Below, piece after piece: positions 11,947 to 24,739 of a stretch of DNA of 64,000 bases (positions are counted from its first letter, which is position 1; each line of letters begins with the position of its first letter). The notes beneath the pieces are model-generated. The model was given only the letters and a program-made list of their open reading frames with translations, made no database searches and was not told the DNA's origin. A program made the position numbers and the translations under genes. Source of the DNA: Chrysomallon squamiferum (taxonomy: Eukaryota > Animalia > Mollusca); the NCBI GenBank assembly GCA_012295275.1, contig CM022668.1:2790001-2854000 (forward strand), written 5' to 3'.

Positions 11947-14900
11947 ACAGAAAAACTGACATGTTTGGCTTTAACATCAAGTGTTGTGTGTAAAAGCAAT
12001 GATACATGTAAGAAACCAACGCTGTATAATAAAAAAATAAGAAAAGAAAAAAGGAAAGGAAAAAAAAAAAGAAAGAAAGAAAGAAAAGGTAAAGATGACA
12101 GAACAGGCTTGTCATTTCATGCATCAGAAAGATACATGATCATCATTCATTTTAAAATGCACTGAAAGAGCTAAGTACAAGAAAACAATGTGAAATAAAA
12201 ATAAATACCAACATGTGCTCTGTGGTGAAGTGTATAAAAACACTACCAGAACTAAAACAAAATTATAATTTAACTGTGGAGATTTTCAACAGTTTAAACA
12301 CCACCAGAAATAAACATAAGTGGTGTGTTTACAATTTAACTTTGATAGTCTTCGAAGCCAGTTTTTGTGTTCACCAATCACCACAAACAAATATCTGTTC
12401 TCATTCCAATGTTGTGAAAAAACACCACATTACACAAAACATGTTAAATGTTCTTAATTTAGCTGTGCAGATTTAAGGTATGTTGTGACAAAATATACAA
12501 AAAAATCAACATAAGTGTTCATACTTTAACTACAGTGGCATCAAAAGCCTATTTGATACTCAAAAACAAACATAAATGAATATATATTAACGTGGTGGTT
12601 TCAAAAGTGTTTTCAGTGACTCAAACATCAAAGAAAAACAAATATATTTATGTGTTGATAAATTAGTTGTGCTGGTTATAGAAGTCACTAACACTGAAGA
12701 AACAAACAAATAAGCTCACATTTTTCTTCAGAAGACTTTTTTTGCTCAAACATCACAGAAAAATGAACATCTTAATGAACAAATGATGTATTCATAATTT
12801 CACAATAGTGTTTTTAAAATTCTGTTTTATGTGCAAACATAAATTAAATAAATGAGTGCACTCATAACTTCACCAGTTTGATATTAAAACTTGCACTGCT
12901 TTCAGAAAACATCAAACAATAACAGACACCATGGTGCAAAATTTCAGCAAAATAATAAAAAAAAAAATTCCAGAAAACCAACCCCAAAATGAAAATAAAC
13001 ACAGAACATATTTTAATTTTTTTCATTGTGGTTAGTTCTTCACCTGTATGCAGACACTACCAAACAAAAATAAACATATCAATGATGATGTGATCATTCA
13101 GACTTTTAAAGTCAGTGTTGCTAAAATAAAACTTGAAAATAAACATCAGGTGTTCACAATTTCAGTGTGGTCATTTAAAAAAACTTTGCTGTTAAAAAAT
13201 ATAAGCATATGTGCATGAACATGTGCTTGTATTTTGTTTTAGACAAAACAAACAAAAACAAGTCCTTTTGTGCGGTCACTTTTGTACAGTCAAGTTGTTG
13301 TGTGATCATACAACAAACTTGTGCTCATAATGTGGTCATTTGTCAAGCACAGTGTGCATACAGCAAACACCACACAAAAATTAAACCAGTGAACATGTTC
13401 ATAATCTGACTGCCATCAATTCTGAAACCTTCAATACCAGCAGAAACTGGACACAAACAATCACGTCAAAGTACTCATAATTATTAACTTTGTCTCTTGT
13501 TAACCCATTGTGCAGGCAGACGCCAAATAAGGATAAATGTGTCCATACAAGGCGTGCTTGATCCTAAAGCTGCACACCAGACAGTGTTAACATTACCAAC
13601 TCTTGCAGTTCTGTTGAAATGAAATGTTTTTGTGCTACATTCCACCCTTTGTAAAATACAGAACAAATGTGAAAAAGGAAGAAATGGTTTTCACATAAGA
13701 TGTAATATTTTCGTGCTACATTCTGCCATAAAAACAATGTCCAGAAAGTTTCCAAAATGAAGCAGATTATTTCTAAACAAGATTCTTTCTGTGCTACTCT
13801 TAACAGCAGACATTTGTGAACATAAAACATATGGTGGAAAAACACTTTTGTGCTACATTCTGCCCTTTTACAAAATATTTTCAAAAATACCCAAAAAAGG
13901 AGCAGATTTTTTTCTTCCAAATACGATGGGAAAATGTTTACTTTAAAGTTCATCATGCTGAGAGTGGAACTCTTCATGAGATATAAACCCATCACTGTCA
14001 AAGTCTCCATGTTTCATCATCTCAGAGATGACAAACTCGTAATCCTGTTCCTTACCACCGGAATTTTTCTTTAAAGCCTTTTTCACAGAGTGAAGAATCT
14101 GTAAAGTAAACGACACTCTCAGTTTCTCTCTCTCTCCAGATTCCAGTCTGTGAGAACAGTGCTCATGCATGACTGCCATGGGCACATATATTTAAAAAAA
14201 CAAAATTTAAATCAATTTTTAAACTTTGCCCATGAAATGATTGCTGTTTCATGACTCAAGGGTCAAAGTTAACAGGTGCATGCACCTAGAAATGCTTCTT
14301 TCTGCAATTGTAATGTGCCTGTATTTTTATCTGTTGAGAACAATGATTTGTACTAATAATATCTGCTTGGTTACCAAATTAGGTAACATTTTAAATTTAA
14401 ATGTTAAATCTGATAAATTATATAAAAAAAAACAAGATTATTAATATATCAATTTGGTTTAATTTAAAACTGAGTTGAATAATAATTTAAAAAATAAATA
14501 TAAAATTATAAAAAATGTCCCATTCTGAGTGTTGATGCTGTTTTTTTTTCACCAGTACACTGGTACTGGAGGATTAATTTATTAATTAATTATAATTAAT
14601 TCAATGCAGGTGTAATAACAAATGATTCCTGGTTGTGATCTGAATGTTAAATACCTGTAAAAACATCACTTGTCAAACATGTTAATATGTATTATTTTTT
14701 ACTACTATTTTACATAACAAATTTTTTAAAAAAAAAAATAAAATAAAATGAAATAAAATAATAAAATCAATTTACAGAATAATAAAATGAAAAAAAATAA
14801 TAATAAAAAAAAAAAAAAAAATAAAAAGTAAAAAATAATAATAATAAAAAAGCAAATCAATAAAAAAATAAATAAATAAATAAATAAATATAATTTATAA

Positions 14901-17273
14901 AGTAACAACAACAACAACAACAACAAAAAAGTAACAATAATACAAAACAAAACAAAACAAAGCAAAATAATAAAATAAAATAAAATAAATAATTTAAAAT
15001 TATCTGTCACTTCTAAAATCTACTTGGCTTCTTTCTGAAAAGAAATGACCAAGTTTCTAAAACACTGACTGAATACACACTATGTACAGAATCACTGCAA
15101 AGTTCAAATACAAATAACAAAAATTTCAAACCAGACTTTAATACTTTAAAATATGTGCATGATTTTATATAAATTTAAAAATAACAACTTCAAAGATTTA
15201 AATGGACATGCAGATAAATTTAAAAATATTGAAAGAAAAAGGAGAAAGATATTGATAATCTTTAGAATGATAAATAACAGAAGTCAACCAAAAAAACAAG
15301 ATATGAAACTTGAAAGTATGAAATCTGAAAGTAAACTGAAATTATTAACTTTACTCATAAAAACGTCTATTAAAATTCAGTTTTATCACAATTAATTCAC
15401 CACTGACTTATCAATAAAAATAAAGAAAAGCTCAAAATCATTGATTTCAGAGATATAAACCCACAAATGTTTTAGCAATAAAAAAAATCTCAAAAATATA
15501 CAGCAAAATAACAAAATTTTAAATTTTTGTGACCATTCAATCAAAAATACCATGATTTAAATTACCACTGATAAAAACATCAGTTTTAACTTTGATTCAG
15601 TAAAAACATTCCTTAACCTCATTTAAATAAAAAAAAATATCTTTTAACCTCATTACATCAAACTTAAAAATCTCTTATCCTGATGTCAAACATGATAAAA
15701 ACTTATTTACCCTCATGTCAAGTATTGGTAAAATGTTAACCTCAGATCAAATAATAAAAATATTTTTAACCTCATATCAAGTAATGATAAAATTGTTTAA
15801 CCTCAGATCACATACTGATAAAATTGTTTTAAAATTATATCAAATGATAATAAAAATATTTTAACCTTATATAAGGATAAAAATGTCATTAACATGGAAA
15901 ACACACACACAGATATATACATATATATATATGTATCAAATGTGGTTTATAGCATGTCAATAACAGATGACTTCATATTAAATTTAAACATGATAAAAAC
16001 ACCATATGACATCATTAAAACCTTTTTTGATTTTTTTTTTTTTTTTTAAAACCATCAACTCCAATGCCACAGAAACTTTCATTTTACTTTCACATAAACA
16101 CATTTCAACAAGATGTTTATGAACTCTTCAGTTTTGAAGTTCAAATACTTTCAAGGACCAGATCCAAATGCATGGCCCTTTCAGAGGCAATAACAGTTGA
16201 TGAATGCAAAGAAAACTGGAAGACAAAACATATGATTCACTTCAGTGCTTTGAAAACAAACAAATCTCTATGTTCTCACACATTTCAGGGTAGAAAGCAG
16301 CTACCCTTAATGGAGGGGACAAGAATTTTTGGTACATGGTGACCTGGCCACATGACATGCCAAAAATAAATTTTCTGATAGATATTCAAATGGTGAAAAA
16401 AAAAAGAAATCAAAACTTTGTCGTTTGTTTTGGGGTTTTGGGGCAGGGTGGAGATGTTATGAATATTTACTTAACTTATTAAAACTTTTATGAAATTTAA
16501 GATATTCAATTTGATGTCTTTGAATTTGAAGATTCTTTCAGTTTTTAATAATCTGCAGAAACCGTGTTTTATTGTAACAGATATGTTTTTACGTACCTAC
16601 CCTACGACCAGGTAACAAGTATCATCAAAAATACCATCATGATAAAAATTCCTAGTCTCATATCAAACATTTAAAATAAACTGCATATAAAAGATGATAA
16701 AAATGTCTGACCCCATAACAAGAAGTAAATTATACAAAAATAAAAACCAAAAAAGTGGAAGAACTATATCCAGAAAAATGATGATGATTCAGAACAAATT
16801 TACATGAATATAAAGTTATATAACACAAATCTGAAAACAAATAAATAGAATAAAAAGATATATATATATATATATATATACATACTTCAAATAATGGAAT
16901 GTTTTCTGATAGATTTTAAGGGAATGCCAAGTTAAGATAAATAATTGAAAGAATTAGAAAAATTAAGCACAAAAAAAAAGAGAAGTAAACAAGCTAGATA
17001 AATTATATAAATTTAAAAACAAATTTTGTTATGCAAAATATTTTTAATCTATTGAAACTCATTGTATTAAAATTTTTGTTATTTTAAATTTTCTCTCTGT
17101 TATTTCATTATTTCTGGTTAAAAAAAAAAAAAAAAAAAAAAAAATTAAAATTGTTTAGTTACTCTGTTATTTTTATTTCAGAATTTATCAGTTACAATTT
17201 TATGTTTTTACATGGTAATGTTTTATTTGGTTTTTATTATTAAAGCTGTGGTTTCATAATAATAATAATAATC

Positions 17274-17306
<33 letters not shown>

Positions 17307-20300
17307 GTATAAATAAATAAATAAATAAATATTTACATAGAAGAAAAACTAATACAAAATGATAATTTATTTTAAAATATTTCAAAATGAAGGCAAAGAT
17401 CAATGATCAAGTGATTGATTTTAAATTATATATAGATGTGTGTACCATTTTATTTTATTATTATTTTACTTTGTTATTTCACTTATTTCCATTATTTTTA
17501 TCAACATATTTTATTATCCTTTATCTTTCTAATATTTCACTAAAAAAAGAAGAAAAAAAGCCCCAGACAAAACAAAATGCTTTACAGTGCAAAACACACA
17601 TACATATGATACACAACACAAACAGCACACTAAAACCACCATTTAAATGATAATTTAAAACAAAAATTAAAAAAATTAAATGATAAAGTTTTTCAAAGTT
17701 CATCATGTTTTGGTCCACTAAATTCGTGAAAAGCGATAACTCCATCATTATCTTTATCTTCAGTTTTGAAAATATGTTCAATCAAGTTTTCATGGGCCTC
17801 GGCATCAGGCTCAGGCTGTCCAGTTAATTTGAGCTGCGCCTTCAGATAATCAGATATCTACAAGAGAACAGTGACCACAACCATCAGTTTCATCAGTAAC
17901 CATGGCAACACAAGATTACCCTCAAAACCGGCCTCTTTCAGAAATGCGAAAATTAAACAAATAAAAAAAATAAAAAATAAAAAATAAAAATAAAAATAAA
18001 AACCCAGTATGAATGAAATGTAAAATAATCGCAATAATTCATAGTCCATTTATATATATCTATGTATTTTACAATAACCATAAAACTGCAATATATTTTA
18101 AACTTAGAAAAAAACATCTTCAAACTGGTGTATATTTTATTCTATGGAAGACATCCTGAAATTGGCTTAAATTTTTTTGCACTGCAGAAATCATCTTAAA
18201 ACTGGCATAAATTCCACACTCAAAATTGGGCCAAAAGTGACGATACATTTTGTGCTCAAAATCAGCTGCAATTTAGCACAAATTCTGCACTTGCCAAAAA
18301 ATCACCCCAAAACTGGCAAAAACAAAATGCACTGCCAAAATCAGCTTGAAAGTGATATACATTTTACACTATGCAAATCACTGTGAACTGAAATTTTTGT
18401 ACACTAAAATCAGTAATAATTAAATGCCTCATTCACTTTATTTTTTTTTTTAAACCAAAAAAAAGAAGAATGTATGCAGGATATTTAAATATAATTTTCT
18501 AAAAACAAAAGAGAAGAAAGGAAGGGACTGTTCATTTTGTAAATGTTTCTGCTTGAATATAAACACAAAAGTAAATAAATGAATAAAACATTTAAAAATT
18601 AGCATTAAACATCCTCTTTCATGATTTCTCCTAACAAAATAAAAATTAATTAACAACCAAGGACTGTTAATTAGAAGTTATATAAATTTACAAACATAAT
18701 GTCACAAAACATTTGTTATAAAATACCTAATTCACTTATCAACAAAATAACATATGCTTTTATGACATAGATAAGTCATAGGTAAATAATGATTTATTAT
18801 TATATATATATGAAAACTACAAATAAAATGCATCTGAAATTATTATAAAAGACATGAAACATTTAAACAGAATAAAACATCAGTTGTCTGAGCTGAAATG
18901 TTTTTTAAAAATATTAGATAATAACTTTTATGTGCAAAATGTCAAATAAAAACTGTTTTAGTAAAAAACCAATCTCCCTGAAATTTGAAAAAAGATAAAA
19001 AGAAAACAAAACAAAAATAAAAGCAAAGTTTAGGTGCCTCTCCAATTATTTGCTGAAAGTTTTCAAACAAAAACAAACAAACACATATTGACTCACAACC
19101 TCTCTCTTAGTCACACACACATACTGACACCTGGATGTACAAAAATCTTCAACTTCAATCCAAAATAAACCCCTTCAGCTGAAAGATATTTTTGCCATAT
19201 CATCCATTATCATTAATTAAAAACAAATCCATGAAAATGATTAGTTGTTTGCTTTCTTTCTGTTTCAATAAAAGTTTTTTTAAAAGTGTTAGTTTAAGGA
19301 CAAATCATCCATAACCATATTTGTTTTTAGTCAACTGTTTAAAGAAACCCAATAACACTGCCATGTTACAAAATAAAACAAAAACATCTGTGGACTGCAA
19401 AGGCTGTAAATAATTCATGTTAGTTCTGAACCCAATTAAAAAATAAACTATCATTTCCATTTCAAAACTTGTTACAAAAATAACAGGAAGTTTCCAAAAA
19501 ACCCAAAACAAAAGAACAGGAACTTTTTAAAGAAAGTTAACCTCAAAATTCATCATGTTTTGGACCGGGGAACTCCTCATGGGAGATAACTCCATCAAGG
19601 TCTCTGTCGTTAAATTTAAAAACATCATTAATAAACTTTCGGTGGGCATCTTCATTAACTTCGGGTACAGGTTCCCCTCGCTTTTTTGCTTCTTCATTGA
19701 ATTTGCGAACATACGCAGAGAACTAGAAAGAACAGACAAAACAAAGGATACTACCAACTGTCAGACATTTTGAGTAAGGATAAATATTCACTAGTTTCAC
19801 AAGATGGGGTCAATGTCCATAAAATCAATCTGAGATAATTCACAGATTATCCAGACGTGTTCCAAGAAAAATTCGCACACGATGCCAAGCCCTCTCAACA
19901 TTTAAATCCTGTGTTTTAAACAGTTTCAAGAAAAAAATAATAATTTAGAAAAATGCATTCAGTATGAGTAAATTGTATTTTTATTTATTTATTTTTTATT
20001 ATCTGTGAAATAAGGTGCAATAAAGTTACATATTAAAATTATGTTAACGTTTTTTAAAATCAAAATATTTCAGAAAGGTTGGATTATTAAGGAAAACTTT
20101 TTTTATTATTATAAGCCAGTGACAATTATTTATTTATTTATTATATATATATATTTTTTATTATCACATGTGAAATAATGGATAACATATCACCAAACAA
20201 ACTTTTTAAAACTGTTTCAAAAGAACTAAATATTAGAAAATTTTGAAAATTATTGCAATATAAACAAACCTACATATTTACAAATTACAATATCATATTT

Positions 20301-21910
20301 TCAAGATTTCATGGCATCTCCTGTGAAATAAGTTGGTTATAGTCACCAATTAAATTTTTTATTTTAAATCATTTGAACAGAATTAAAAATTTTAAGATTT
20401 TGAATTATCAACTGTGAAATAAGGACTGATTCAAACACCAATTAAATTCTTTATTCTTATATCATTTGAGAATAGTTTCAGAATAATAGGGAGTTACTAA
20501 AAATAAATCTAATATTAAAAATGGTTTCAGAAGGGACAGAAAATGTTCAAACCAACTTTTATTTTTATTATAATTAAACCAACTTTTAAACTATAAATTT
20601 TATTTTTACTTTTCACATTTCTATCACCTGAGAAATAAGCTGTCACTGATTTCAATAAAAATGTTCATAACCAGGCATAAAACTGCTAACTTAGAATTAA
20701 ACCCAATTTTATATCATTTTAACAGCAAACAGATGAGAAATGTGACAGTTATACAATTTAATAATAAAAACATTGCAGAGATTTTCAAATCTTAACCAGT
20801 GAAATGTAATCAGGGGAGAGTACTCTGTAAGGTCATAGGTCACTGTATTATTGTCAACTGCCTTTAGTGTATACTGAGTTTTCAATGATGAGATAATAAA
20901 AATGTTTTGCTAGTGAAGGCTACATAATGTGAATACAAGATTTCTTTTTCATTACTGTCATAATAATTTTACAAACTAAAATATAATCATAAACATCTGA
21001 AATAAATATTTTATTTCTTTTGTATTTAACAAAAAATATTTCTTCAGATTATTCTCTCAACCTAGTAACAATATTTTAACATACTGCAGATATATTCCGA
21101 TTTTTTAAAAACTGTAATGACACTTAAATTAATTTATTTGTATAAAACAATGTGCAGCAGTAATGTGAATATGTTCATTTTAGATCATGTAAGCTTTCAA
21201 AATGCACATGAAACCACACACTATTTTATTTATAACTGCACAATCATTATATAAAAACATAAAAGCACATTTCTGGTACTGTAAAAGAAAATTCAATAGT
21301 TTTTCATTACAAATGATGAAAATAAAATTTTTACTTTAATAATTTATATATTTTGTATCATGCAGATAATAAAGTAATATAAAAATAATATCAAACTAAT
21401 GATTTCAAATATATATATGGGTTTTGATCTTTTCTTTAACAAAGTGTTATATCTTGTACATTCTCATGAAATAAAAATAACTAAATTAACTAAATGTATT
21501 AAAAAATAAATAATAAATGAATGGATGACTGTATAAATAAAATAAAATAAAATAAATAAACTATTACTATACTACTAAAGGTCAATACAAAATGCCTGAA
21601 TTTCGGAACTCAGCCGTTTTCATAAAAAGCAAATATTAAAGTGTTAGTACTGTAATTTTCAACTTTTACTAATTAATTAAAACTAGCTACTCTTGTTAAC
21701 TTTTAAAACTTTCACTCACCTCATCCTTGGACAGCTTGTTGTCGCCATCAGTATCAATTTCCTTGAAGATGTTCTTGGGTGGGGGCCCATCTTTAATCGA
21801 AAGCAGCTCAACTTCAAAAACCAGAGTTGATCCACCTGGAATCTTATCTCCTGTGAAGAAGTCAAAAAAGTGAATGTAGTTTTATCTGTTAACCTGAGAT
21901 GGGACAATAA

Positions 21911-21947
<37 letters not shown>

Positions 21948-22221
21948 AGAACAGTTTCATTTTTTTGTTCACAGTTAATATAACAGCCATTAAATCATAT
22001 TACAATTTTGAATATTCTCTTAATTCTGGTCTTTGGTGACTTCATTGGAATTATGATTTTGAGATTTCAGTTATAACAGAATCTCTGGCATATGACATCA
22101 CATATTCATTAATTTATTATAATCCTGTATATTATCTGCTTTCACCAGAAGTCAAGTTTTTGCTATTAAATGAACCCATTTGCTCAGAAACTTCTGTGAA
22201 GGGTTTTAAAGTAACAATGAC

Positions 22222-22282
<61 letters not shown>

Positions 22283-22690
22283 AACACACAAAAAAACCAC
22301 ATTCTACCTATCCTTAAAGTAACAGTAATCAATTATGTATATATGCCACAGTCACACCTTTTTCTTTTTTGCTTCAGGCCATTATTCAGTTTATTACAAT
22401 ATCACTTGTTTTCACCTATGTTGCTCAAACAGTAATAATTTTATAATTTTTTCACTTTCTCAAGGCATGTAAAACAGAAGGTTAGTAACTGTAACAACAA
22501 ATCAGAAAGATATAAATCTTTTCACTACTGACATACTTAACATCTGTTACTATGGTAACAGACAGATGAAAAATATGAAACAATTAATGAAGGCTGTTGG
22601 AAGTCAACATACTGATAACAACTACTACTTTTGATAAGCTTATTTGTAACTTGCTATTTCACTTAAGAAAACTATATTACCAACTTTTAC

Positions 22691-22775
<85 letters not shown>

Positions 22776-24678
22776 GTAATAAGACATTTCCATTTAGTAT
22801 TCAGTTATTCATATCCTCACATAATAATGATAATTAACTTGTAAAATACAACATTTCAAATTGTTGGATGTCAGGAGTATGTGAGTAATATATGTAGAAG
22901 TCATTGTACTATGTGAACATTTGTAAACATAACATTGTTTGCGACAATAATATAGCGATATACTTTGCCATTTTCTTTCTTTTTTTTGACAAAATATTTT
23001 TATGGGTTGTGCAGGGTTTTTTCTTAACAAACAAAAATAAATTTTGATATTACTGTGCCCTTCATATGCCCTTGGTAATCAGTACCATCAAACTGGCCAT
23101 AAAAACAGTCTGCCATTTTTTTTTATTCTTCTAGACACTATTTTTATATTTTAGTCTCATCGTAAGAGATTTTGTATTCACATTTTGTACTCTGATTATT
23201 TTAATTCAGAACTGTGAGAGATTAACAGCAAAATTTCTAGAAAAACGTTACAGATATTACAATTTCTAGGAAGGAATAGAATATGTTAAGTCAAGGTGTT
23301 TTTATTTAACACCTGTAGGTTGACCCACCTGCACCTTGATCCCCGTATGCCAGGTGAGGGGGGATGGTCAGTTTTCTCTTTTCGCCTACACACATTCCCA
23401 GCAGCCCCTGGTCCCAGCCTTTGATCACCTGACCAATTCCAATCTGGAACTCAAACGGTTCATTTCTGTCCAAACTGAAAAATTAAATTTTTTAAAATTA
23501 TTTAAAACGTAATAAATGTCTGAGTATAAGTATTATCTGTGTTTGACATGTCTACGTGCAAGCAACAAATTTGCTTTGACACATTATTTTATTTTTACTG
23601 AAAAAAAATCCCTAACTTCAGACATTGATAATAAAATTGATAATAAAATTAATGTTCCAAAAAACAATAATTAAACAGTTTTTCATTTTTTAAAAATCTT
23701 TGACTATAGACACTGATAATAAAATGAATATTTTAAACTATAAAAATGCCAAAAATAATGACATTACTAAATATTTATTCATATATATTAGTACAATATT
23801 ACTTTTTCTTTCTTTCTTTCTTTTTCTTTGTCTTTTTCCTATTAATGTTTCTGCAGCAGTTTGTCATTTCACAAGTTCACTGATATATTCATAATATTGC
23901 TTATCATATTTTTTTTTTTACAGAAAACAAGTTCGATTAACAACAGCTTGTAGATGGAATGTATCTGCTTTATCTGTCTGATTTACGATAACTATCTGTT
24001 TACTCTGATAGAGAATATATTTACAAAACCACTGATACTGTACATGCAATTATGAAGCTCACAGAATTGTGACAAATTATACTAATACAATCATACAGTA
24101 GTGTATAAATTATTATGGAGACATTAATCTGATTATGAATTATTTCCTGTTTCTGGTTGATCAAATACTGAGGCTTATGATATCCTGAAAGTAGCAACTT
24201 TCTTTATCTGCAAATGATCTTTAAAAAGTTTAGCTTTCCTTATTGGATGGTATTATACCTTGGATGTAATTGAAAGGGAAATTAAGATAAAATATTTTTT
24301 TCAGAAAAGAGAAAAACAATAATTTTTATATTATTATTTATTATTATTTATTTGTTATGCTCTAGATAAGCTACGTTTCAAGGAATGTACTTTAAAATCA
24401 GCTTATATTTTACACATATAACTAAACATACGACACATTTCTTAATTTCATATTAAATACCATATGGAAATTGTATATCTTTACCTCGAGTCAAATTTTG
24501 TACCGTCTTTTTCCAAAGTTCCTGTATAGTGCATTTTCAGCTGATCTCCCTTTTTCACTTGTCGATCGCAGTTATCAACTTTTTTTAAGTGTTCTATTTT
24601 AACATCTTCGTCGGCTTGTAGTGAATGAAATTGGAGAAGAAGTATCAAAAACACCGAAACACAAGTTACGGACGCCAT
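7563..24678 (-). CDS. FKBP14: ER-resident FK506-binding protein / peptidyl-prolyl isomerase of FKBP14/FKBP7 type (signal peptide, FKBP domain, two EF-hands, ER-retrieval tail), with six alternative last exons; about 208-216 aa per isoform
   Basis: Shared exons 24485-24678, 23329-23474 and 21720-21850 splice in frame to 157 codons and end in phase 0. Six downstream phase-0 exons each complete the protein. FKBP motifs [44 protein letters not shown] are present. Confidence 0.92.
8125..8262. repeat. 36-bp tandem repeat, 4 copies
   Basis: CAGGTAAGTAT at 8134, 8170, 8206, 8242 inside a CA/TA-rich unit. Confidence 0.85.
10355..10516 (-). CDS. FKBP14: FKBP alternative terminal exon E: EF-hand 2 + RGEL
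   Basis: tttctgttttttag|ATT...; [53 protein letters not shown]; 162 nt; absent from the supplied ORF track. Confidence 0.82.
   Translation of the reverse strand: MNHYVKKVMSSQKDFKVDGSEHQTYVKNLMSYYDLDKNGFITDSEYHDRRGEL
11319..11483 (-). CDS. FKBP14: FKBP alternative terminal exon D: EF-hand 2 + RDEL
   Basis: ttgctttttag|ATT...; [54 protein letters not shown]; 165 nt; AATAAA overlaps the stop (TAAATAAA). Confidence 0.85.
   Translation of the reverse strand: MSDYVKTHMSVHEGYNTESREHENNVENIMNHLDKDKNGFVSNSEYLKTVRDEL
13943..14098 (-). CDS. FKBP14: FKBP alternative terminal exon C: EF-hand 2 + HDEL
   Basis: tttactttacag|ATT...; [51 protein letters not shown]; 156 nt. Confidence 0.87.
   Translation of the reverse strand: MLHSVKKALKKNSGGKEQDYEFVISEMMKHGDFDSDGFISHEEFHSQHDEL
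15565..15890. repeat. degenerate tandem repeat, unit about 30 bp
   Basis: Recurring GATAAAA...TTTAACCTCATATCAA core. Confidence 0.6.
17693..17857 (-). CDS. FKBP14: FKBP alternative terminal exon B: EF-hand 2 + HDEL
   Basis: tgttctcttgtag|ATA...; [54 protein letters not shown]; 165 nt. Confidence 0.9.
   Translation of the reverse strand: MSDYLKAQLKLTGQPEPDAEAHENLIEHIFKTEDKDNDGVIAFHEFSGPKHDEL
19543..19722 (-). CDS. FKBP14: FKBP alternative terminal exon A (most proximal): EF-hand 2 + HDEF
   Basis: tgttctttctag|TTC...; [59 protein letters not shown]; 180 nt. Confidence 0.88.
   Translation of the reverse strand, partial: FSAYVRKFNEEAKKRGEPVPEVNEDAHRKFINDVFKFNDRDLDGVISHEEFPGPKHDEF
21720..21850 (-). 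CDS. FKBP14: FKBP shared exon 3: end of FKBP domain and EF-hand 1; carries the single donor for all terminal exons
   Basis: cacag|GA GAT AAG...; (G)[43 protein letters not shown]|gtgagt; phase-0 end. Confidence 0.93.
23329..23474 (-). CDS. FKBP14: FKBP shared exon 2: PPIase core
   Basis: tttcag|T TTG GAC...; (S)[48 protein letters not shown](G)|gtgggt. Confidence 0.93.
24485..24678 (-). CDS. FKBP14: FKBP shared exon 1: signal peptide and start of FKBP domain
   Basis: [64 protein letters not shown]; donor AG|gtaaag. Confidence 0.93.
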
Positions 24679-24739
24679 GTTCGAAGTGAAAATGGTGTAA
24701 ATGTAAAAGACAAGATAAGACAAATTGCTGTCGGATCTT

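Noticed and set aside
13630-13862. Repeated ATGTAGC on the - strand as miR-221/222 seed sites
   Set aside because: That miRNA family is known from vertebrates and this sequence looks invertebrate; retained only as a repeat.
7563-19722. Six HDEL-type segments as six separate small genes or tandem FKBP paralogues
   Set aside because: None has its own signal peptide or FKBP exons. All begin at a phase-0 AG that matches the single exon-3 donor.
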